Source of the DNA: a virus
Taxonomy: Duplodnaviria; Caudoviricetes
Strand: one strand, 5' to 3'
DNA length: 58,431 nucleotides
Virus record (IMG/VR): IMGVR_UViG_3300021425_000043
Coordinates: 1-58,431 of that record
The translations under genes and the position numbers were made by a program. Under the pieces are notes generated by a model. It was not told where the DNA came from. It worked only from the letters and a program-made list of their open reading frames with translations, and made no database searches. Shown here in pieces: positions 55,631 to 58,431 of the stretch (position 1 is its first letter; every line of letters starts with the position of its first letter).

Positions 55631-55828
55631 TTAGTGCAATACTGGACCTTGCAAATGGCCTTCTTCAACGAATTGTTCCCATTCGCCTTGGAAGCCACAA
55701 GCAAGTAATATGCAAAGTTTTACATCATCTTCTGTTAGATGATGTTTAATGGCTGTAGCTTCGATGCCGATTTGCATGGCTTCTTCGCCTACGTCCATCA
55801 TGGCTGATTTAAGTCTGCCCATATTCAT
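55631..55828 (-). CDS. hypothetical protein
   Basis: ORF track 55631..55846; likely later start near MNMGRLK after AAGGA. Confidence 0.55.
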   Translation of the reverse strand: MNMGRLKSAMMDVGEEAMQIGIEATAIKHHLTEDDVKLCILLACGFQGEWEQFVEEGHLQGPVLH

Positions 55829-56000
55829 TCCTTGGATAATATTCATTGAACTTCATTTCTGCTTGTTCAAGGGTAAGTTGTGGTTCATTGTACTGTTTAC
55901 GTTCAAAGTTAACAGCATCTACCCAGCTACTCATATTAGCTTCGTATGAGTATTCTGAATTATATTTCCACGGTTTTTCTTGTACAGTTGAATCCCCCAT
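55809..56000 (-). CDS. hypothetical protein
   Basis: 63 aa, TAATG-coupled to upstream gene. Confidence 0.6.
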   Translation of the reverse strand: MGDSTVQEKPWKYNSEYSYEANMSSWVDAVNFERKQYNEPQLTLEQAEMKFNEYYPRNEYGQT

Positions 56001-56833
56001 TAGTCATCTCCTAATAATTTATTAGTTAATATTACCTCATTCATCTGTTCTTTCAACTCGTCAGGTATAATTTGATCTGGAGTCATACGATTAGCTTGAC
56101 TAGGTTTTTTCTTAGCAAGCATACGTTGTAGGTATTCATCAGGTACTAAACTCTTGCCACCAGGCCATTCGTCAATAAATCTTTTAAGCGTTGTAATTTT
56201 GTCAATATACTCTACAAAAGTATCTAGATCTTTATTAACTTTAATTTCTATTTCGCCAATTGGTGATAACTGCTCACATAGTTTAGGGTCAGTAACAATA
56301 ATAGCCATGTTACCTACATGTGGTGCATACTGCTTTTCGCCCCAACCTCTTTGATAACTAACACCAAGATGAGTTGGTGAATAAAAAGGTTCTAAGTCTT
56401 TAAGTTTTACAGGTATGTCACCTTCTACATAATTATCAGAAGCTGGTTTTATTGAACCTTCAGTGCTGTACATATCTTTGTATTCTGTATGCCAGTCTGT
56501 AATATAAGTACCATCCTCTGAAGCGGGTCTGTTTGGATTACAAATAAGACCAAGCTCTGTTGATGTATCTACAATATTTTCACATATGCGTTTGTTACTA
56601 TTATAGTAACCACCAGTTGAATACCTGTTTTTAACAGATTCGATAGTTTTCTTGTGTGCTTCTTGCAATTGGCACAGTACCGAGAACTCAGGATCGTTGT
56701 CCGTGATTCGGTGTATGATTGTATCAATTGCACCTTGTACGTTGTGCGATTTACGATACGCACTATACAATTGTTGTTTATAATTTTCTGTTATTTGGTC
56801 ACGTAATGTTTGTGACATTTGTACACTAGCCAT
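56000..56833 (-). CDS. hypothetical protein, possibly Nmad5-like
   Basis: Start MASVQMSQTLRDQI after GGAGG; C-terminal 'TTLKRFIDEWP' recalls Nmad5-type phage proteins. Confidence 0.55.
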   Translation of the reverse strand: MASVQMSQTLRDQITENYKQQLYSAYRKSHNVQGAIDTIIHRITDNDPEFSVLCQLQEAHKKTIESVKNRYSTGGYYNSNKRICENIVDTSTELGLICNPNRPASEDGTYITDWHTEYKDMYSTEGSIKPASDNYVEGDIPVKLKDLEPFYSPTHLGVSYQRGWGEKQYAPHVGNMAIIVTDPKLCEQLSPIGEIEIKVNKDLDTFVEYIDKITTLKRFIDEWPGGKSLVPDEYLQRMLAKKKPSQANRMTPDQIIPDELKEQMNEVILTNKLLGDD

Positions 56834-56834
56834 A

Positions 56835-57170
56835 TTATTTCCTCCATTGTGGCTGTTTAGTTTGCCATTCAGCACGAACAGTTGGAATACTGACGTTGAA
56901 TGGTTTAGTAAACAAAGTTTTAGTATCTTTACGAAACTCAAGGGTTTCGTGAACAACAGTTTTTTTGAGAACAAAAAGAACCAAAGAAGCTGTCAAACCG
57001 CCAACCATAGCAGCAGTCATACCGCTGAATGTACCGTAAAAACACACCATTAGTGTGACTGTAATGAGTACGTCAACAAATATATCGTGGCCGATTGTTT
57101 TACGACCGCCAGCTTTAAGCGCCAGCAAAAGCAGCCCTAGCGCGCTGACTATGCCTACTAGTAACATCAT
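56835..57170 (-). CDS. membrane protein (about 3 TM)
   Basis: AGGAGG RBS before MMLLVGIV; three hydrophobic segments, 'FYGTFSGM.AA..GG'. Confidence 0.7.
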   Translation of the reverse strand: MMLLVGIVSALGLLLLALKAGGRKTIGHDIFVDVLITVTLMVCFYGTFSGMTAAMVGGLTASLVLFVLKKTVVHETLEFRKDTKTLFTKPFNVSIPTVRAEWQTKQPQWRK

Positions 57171-57267
57171 TCCTCCTTTGCCATGCAAGAAACGCCATAT
57201 ACGCAAATTGTATAAGCTCGATTAGAATCCACAATGCTGTGGTAATAGTACCGACTATATTAGTCAT
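57115..57267 (-). CDS. small membrane protein
   Basis: MTNIVGTITTALWILIELIQFAYMAFLAW; GGAGG RBS. Confidence 0.55.
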   Translation of the reverse strand: MTNIVGTITTALWILIELIQFAYMAFLAWQRRNDVTSRHSQRARAAFAGA

Positions 57268-57446
57268 TAAGTTAACCTCCATAATAAATAAATAATACAC
57301 CCGAGGCCGATTCCGACACCGAGCAGAAGCAACGAGTATTGAATACTAGTTGCAAGACCGAATAATAAAAACAACACAGCTGTGCCGGTCAACACAGAAA
57401 TACCAAAGTCTTTGGCATATTGTTTACATTTTGATAACTTCTCCAT
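57267..57446 (-). CDS. small 2-TM membrane protein
   Basis: MEKLSKCKQYAKDFGISVLTG...; GAGGAGG RBS. Confidence 0.6.
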   Translation of the reverse strand: MEKLSKCKQYAKDFGISVLTGTAVLFLLFGLATSIQYSLLLLGVGIGLGCIIYLLWRLT

Positions 57447-58431
57447 AGGGAGCCTCCTCTGCATTAGTTGATATAAATAACACTGGATATTGTGGTTTGT
57501 CTCCAAAATCTGATTCATGCACCTCAAGATCAGTAAGATAGACAAGAGCAGCAACATTTGGATAATTAGCATTAACAACATCAATTACTGGGCTAATACT
57601 TGTACCACCTCTGCCTTTGTATGTAATTTCAAGAGGCAATGATTCACGCGTGTACTCGCATATATCTTGTACTTCATAGTCACATTGAATAAACTGCACA
57701 CGCTCAGGGTTGAGCTCATGCAATATGTACGAAGTTTCAGAAGTAAACTGTGCTAACTCGTCATCTGAAATAGAACCAGATGTATCTACCGCAATCGCAA
57801 TCTCTTCGAGACATGGATTATGGAGACTAGGCAGATACATGCCTTGGCCAATGAATCGTCTGTTAGGACGAGCCCATGTAAAATCAGATTTGTTGTTCGC
57901 ACGTAAGAAACGAGCCAACACAGCTTTCCAATCAACTTTTGGATCTGTAATTTCTGACACTAGTTTTTGCATATTGCCAGATAGTTTGCCTTGTGCTTTA
58001 GCAGCTTCAGCTGCTTGGTTAACTGCTACTTGCAGTTCCGATTCAATAGCACTAGCAGTACCGCTTGTACCATCAGAATCGGGATGATCCAGCACGCCAC
58101 CACAACCACCGCTATCTTTGTATGCAGCGTCCCATCCCTGAGGAGGTTCAGGTAGCATATTGTAGATAGCTTCGGTGGTCATGTTTTCGTACTGGTCATC
58201 CACCAGACCGCCTTTAGGCAAAATAAAACCTTCAGCTATGAGATGGTTGTTGATAGCGTAGTCAGCTGCAACATTCCATTTGTGACCGTTGCGTTCTTGT
58301 CTACGCGTGTGATGCATAAGAACCAGGTGCATAACTTCGTGCGCCAGGAAACCCACACGCTCCATCTCTGTAAGCTTTTCAAACCACTTGGGATTGTAGA
58401 ACAAATGTTTACCGTCTACTGCACCAGTTGG
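57424..58431 (-). CDS. DUF2201-like metallopeptidase plus VWA domain protein, N-terminus outside window
   Basis: HEVMH zincin, WNVAADYAIN, VDTSGS MIDAS, GRGGT, YLTD; frame open to window end. Confidence 0.85.
   Translation of the reverse strand, partial: PTGAVDGKHLFYNPKWFEKLTEMERVGFLAHEVMHLVLMHHTRRQERNGHKWNVAADYAINNHLIAEGFILPKGGLVDDQYENMTTEAIYNMLPEPPQGWDAAYKDSGGCGGVLDHPDSDGTSGTASAIESELQVAVNQAAEAAKAQGKLSGNMQKLVSEITDPKVDWKAVLARFLRANNKSDFTWARPNRRFIGQGMYLPSLHNPCLEEIAIAVDTSGSISDDELAQFTSETSYILHELNPERVQFIQCDYEVQDICEYTRESLPLEITYKGRGGTSISPVIDVVNANYPNVAALVYLTDLEVHESDFGDKPQYPVLFISTNAEEAPYGEVIKM

Noticed and set aside
1-58431. tRNA, rRNA, integrase or transposase genes
   Set aside because: None recognised in intergenic regions or the ORF set by eye; a tRNA scan was not run

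Overview
Nearly complete (~58 kb), AT-rich tailed dsDNA phage genome, probably marine and short-tailed. It is circularly permuted: both ends cut genes of the same early minus-strand operon. The minus-strand arm (45685-58431 plus 1-4821) holds early and replication genes: MoxR AAA with a VWA/metallopeptidase partner, AlkB-like dioxygenase, family A DNA polymerase, CsrA homolog, primase-helicase, PD-(D/E)XK nuclease, SNF2 helicase and VRR-NUC. The plus-strand arm (5078-45626) holds terminases, a run of tiny Lys/Arg-rich proteins, portal, scaffold, an N4-gp56-like major capsid protein, adaptors, ejection proteins, three tail fibres and a lysozyme. The most striking element is an intact five-gene envelope module at 40597-45380: CsgF, CsgG, a secreted curlin-like beta-solenoid, a FecR-domain protein and a CHASE2 adenylate cyclase. 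It looks like a phage-encoded trans-envelope sensing system with a cAMP output. Notable non-coding signals are three covarying CATC-N3-GATG hairpins before the first early genes, an array of about 12 GGTTCC repeats, DnaA boxes at the terS promoter, a capsid leader with four CGUAA-loop hairpins, and several apparently leaderless genes. All family calls come from motifs recognised by eye; no database searches were run.
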